DNA of 64,000 nucleotides from Eledone cirrhosa (taxonomy: Eukaryota). Positions 61,941-64,000 of this stretch are shown here, in pieces. The DNA lies in contig OZ024740.1 of the NCBI GenBank assembly GCA_964016885.1, forward strand, positions 421,042,001-421,106,000, read 5' to 3'. The notes beneath the pieces are model-generated. The model was not told the DNA's origin, made no database searches, and was given only the letters and a program-made list of their open reading frames with translations. A program made the position numbers and the translations under genes. Position 1 is the first letter of the stretch. The number at the start of each line of letters is the position of its first letter.

Positions 61941-61997
61941 ATATATATATATATTATATATATATTATATATATATTATATATATATATATATATTA

Positions 61998-62187
61998 TTT
62001 ACCATGCGACCCTCAGTTCCTACCCCCCCTCTCTATGCACTTCTTTAAGGCTTACTACCCTGTCTTTAACCTAATTCATTCAATCTGAAAATATTGAAGA
62101 GATAAGATAAGATATATATATATCAAGGGCGGTGCCCCAGCATGGCCTCAGCCGGATGGCTGAAACAGGTAAAAGAGTAAAAGAGTA

Positions 62188-62265
<78 letters not shown>

Positions 62266-62320
62266 TATATATAATATATATATATATATATAATATATAT
62301 ATATAATATATATATATAAT

Positions 62321-62367
<47 letters not shown>

Positions 62368-62434
62368 TATATATAATATATATATATATAATATATATAT
62401 ATATTATATATATATATATTATATATATATATAT

Positions 62435-62466
<32 letters not shown>

Positions 62467-62477
62467 ATATATATAAT

Positions 62478-62513
<36 letters not shown>

Positions 62514-62668
62514 ATTATATATATATATATTATATATATATATTATATATATATATATTATATATATATATTATATATATATATATTATATATATATATA
62601 TTATATAATATATATATATTATATATATATATATTATATAATATATATATATAATTATATATATATAT

Positions 62669-62701
<33 letters not shown>

Positions 62702-63523
62702 ATATATATATTATATATATATTATATATATATATATATTATTTACCATGCGACCCTCAGTTCCTACCCCCCCTCTCTATGCACTTCTTTAAGGCTTACT
62801 ACCCTGTCTTTAACCTAATTCATTCAATCTGAAAATATTGAAGAGATAAGACACTTTCCCATTCTTCTCTGCTAAAATGTATCACTAGAGCTGATTCCAA
62901 TTTTTCCAGCCATCCATCTAATCTACGAAGGTATTTTAGCCTACATATTGTCGTTAATATTATGATGTTCCCTGCTGTATTAGCGTTAAATTTTCCCTGC
63001 TGTATTAGCGATAAATTTTCGAGGGTTTCTCTTAGTAGTTTTTCATGACGTTATTATTGTTAATTTTACTGATGTAGTATTAACTTATTAACTTGGATAT
63101 TTACCATGCGGTATTCTAATCCTATTGTATCTCTCTCAGTTATTTACCATGCGACCCTCAGTTCCTACCCCCCCCCCCTCTCTATGCACTTCTTTAAGGC
63201 TTACTACCCTGTCTTTAACTTAATTCATTCAATCTAAAAATATTGAAGAGATAAGACACTTTCCCATTCTTCTCTGCTAAAATGTATCACTAGAGCTGAT
63301 TCCAATTTTTCCAGCCATCCATCTAATCTACGAAGGTATTTTAGCCTACATATTGTCGTTAATATTATGATGTTCCCTGCTGTATTAGCGTTAAATTTTC
63401 CCTGCTGTATTAGCGATAAATTTTCGAGGGTTTCTCTTAGTAGTTTTTCCTGACGTTATTATTGTTAATTTTACTGATGTAGTATTAACTTGGATATTTA
63501 CCATGCGACCCTCAGTTCCTACC
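61998..63523. repeat. Tandem ~355-400-bp units starting TTTACCATGCGACCCTCAGTTCCTACC
   Basis: Starts at 61998 (partial), 62742, 63143 and 63497 (partial). Internal ~25-bp doublet TTCCCTGCTGTATTAGCG. Confidence 0.92.
62124..62187 (+). mobile_element. Solo CR1 3' terminal fragment (duplicated copy)
   Basis: Identical to 61395-61458. Confidence 0.88.
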
Positions 63524-63763
63524 TCACAATTTCCCTCCCCCCCACCCCCACACACCACCATAGTCTATTCGACCAATCAAACCTAGCATGCCATTTCCAC
63601 TGCTGCTGCTACTACCTGCCTAACTAACTCTCTCCTCCTCTGGCGCATCCCAACACACCCTGCCATTACCCCACCACCACTGTTCTTCTAGCCCTCAATT
63701 TTCCCACCGTTATGGATGGATGAGCTGGGAATACACGAGCAACTCTGAATCAATAGATGAAAT

Positions 63764-64000
63764 ATGAATCTGCGAGCTACCAAGCACCCACGTGAAGCGC
63801 CAACCCAGAGACCCTCCCCTACGAGTGTCGACAAATGCCCAAAACTCCGAGTTGGTACCATCAATGTAGGCTCAATGAAAGGAAGAGCAGGAGAAATCGT
63901 AGAAATGCTAGAGCGAAAGGAAGTTGATGTATGCTGTGTGCAAGAGATTAGATGGAGAGGAGGGTCTGCTAGAGTCCTTGTAGGAAAAAGCCAGTGCTAC
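63764..64000 (+). CDS. N-terminus of RTE-clade LINE ORF (APE endonuclease), runs off the window
   Basis: Hand translation MNLRATK...LRVGTINVGSMKGRAGEIVEMLERKEVDVCCVQEIRWRG carries the APE NV and QE motifs. Confidence 0.88.
   Translation, partial: MNLRATKHPREAPTQRPSPTSVDKCPKLRVGTINVGSMKGRAGEIVEMLERKEVDVCCVQEIRWRGGSARVLVGKSQCY

Noticed and set aside
54948-62074. Ile/Tyr-rich ORFs
   Set aside because: Translations of (TA)n microsatellites

Overview
Repeat-dominated eukaryotic DNA with no supportable host gene. The mix of huge (TA)n tracts, tRNA-derived SINEs, RTE, CR1 and Penelope-like elements suggests an invertebrate, probably a cephalopod (inference from memory of such repeats, not a search). 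Bases 1-~46335 are one strand-asymmetric 35-bp satellite (CCCTTCACCATTACATACCAATACCACCAATGTCA). It is built from ACC-initiated sub-repeats and has layered variant domains and kb-scale higher-order duplications. Its multi-kb ORFs are artefacts of a stop-free repeat. Bases 46.3-64 kb hold a 5'-truncated Naiad-type Penelope-like retroelement (RT + GIY-YIG), a frameshifted CR1-type LINE, RTE fragments, SINEs, hairpin/piggyBac-like MITEs and tandem duplications. The strongest unannotated signals are three hammerhead-ribozyme motifs. One lies in a 341-bp non-coding insert flanked by ~125-bp direct repeats, a candidate retrozyme-like element. The satellite also has a telomere-like polarity and architecture.
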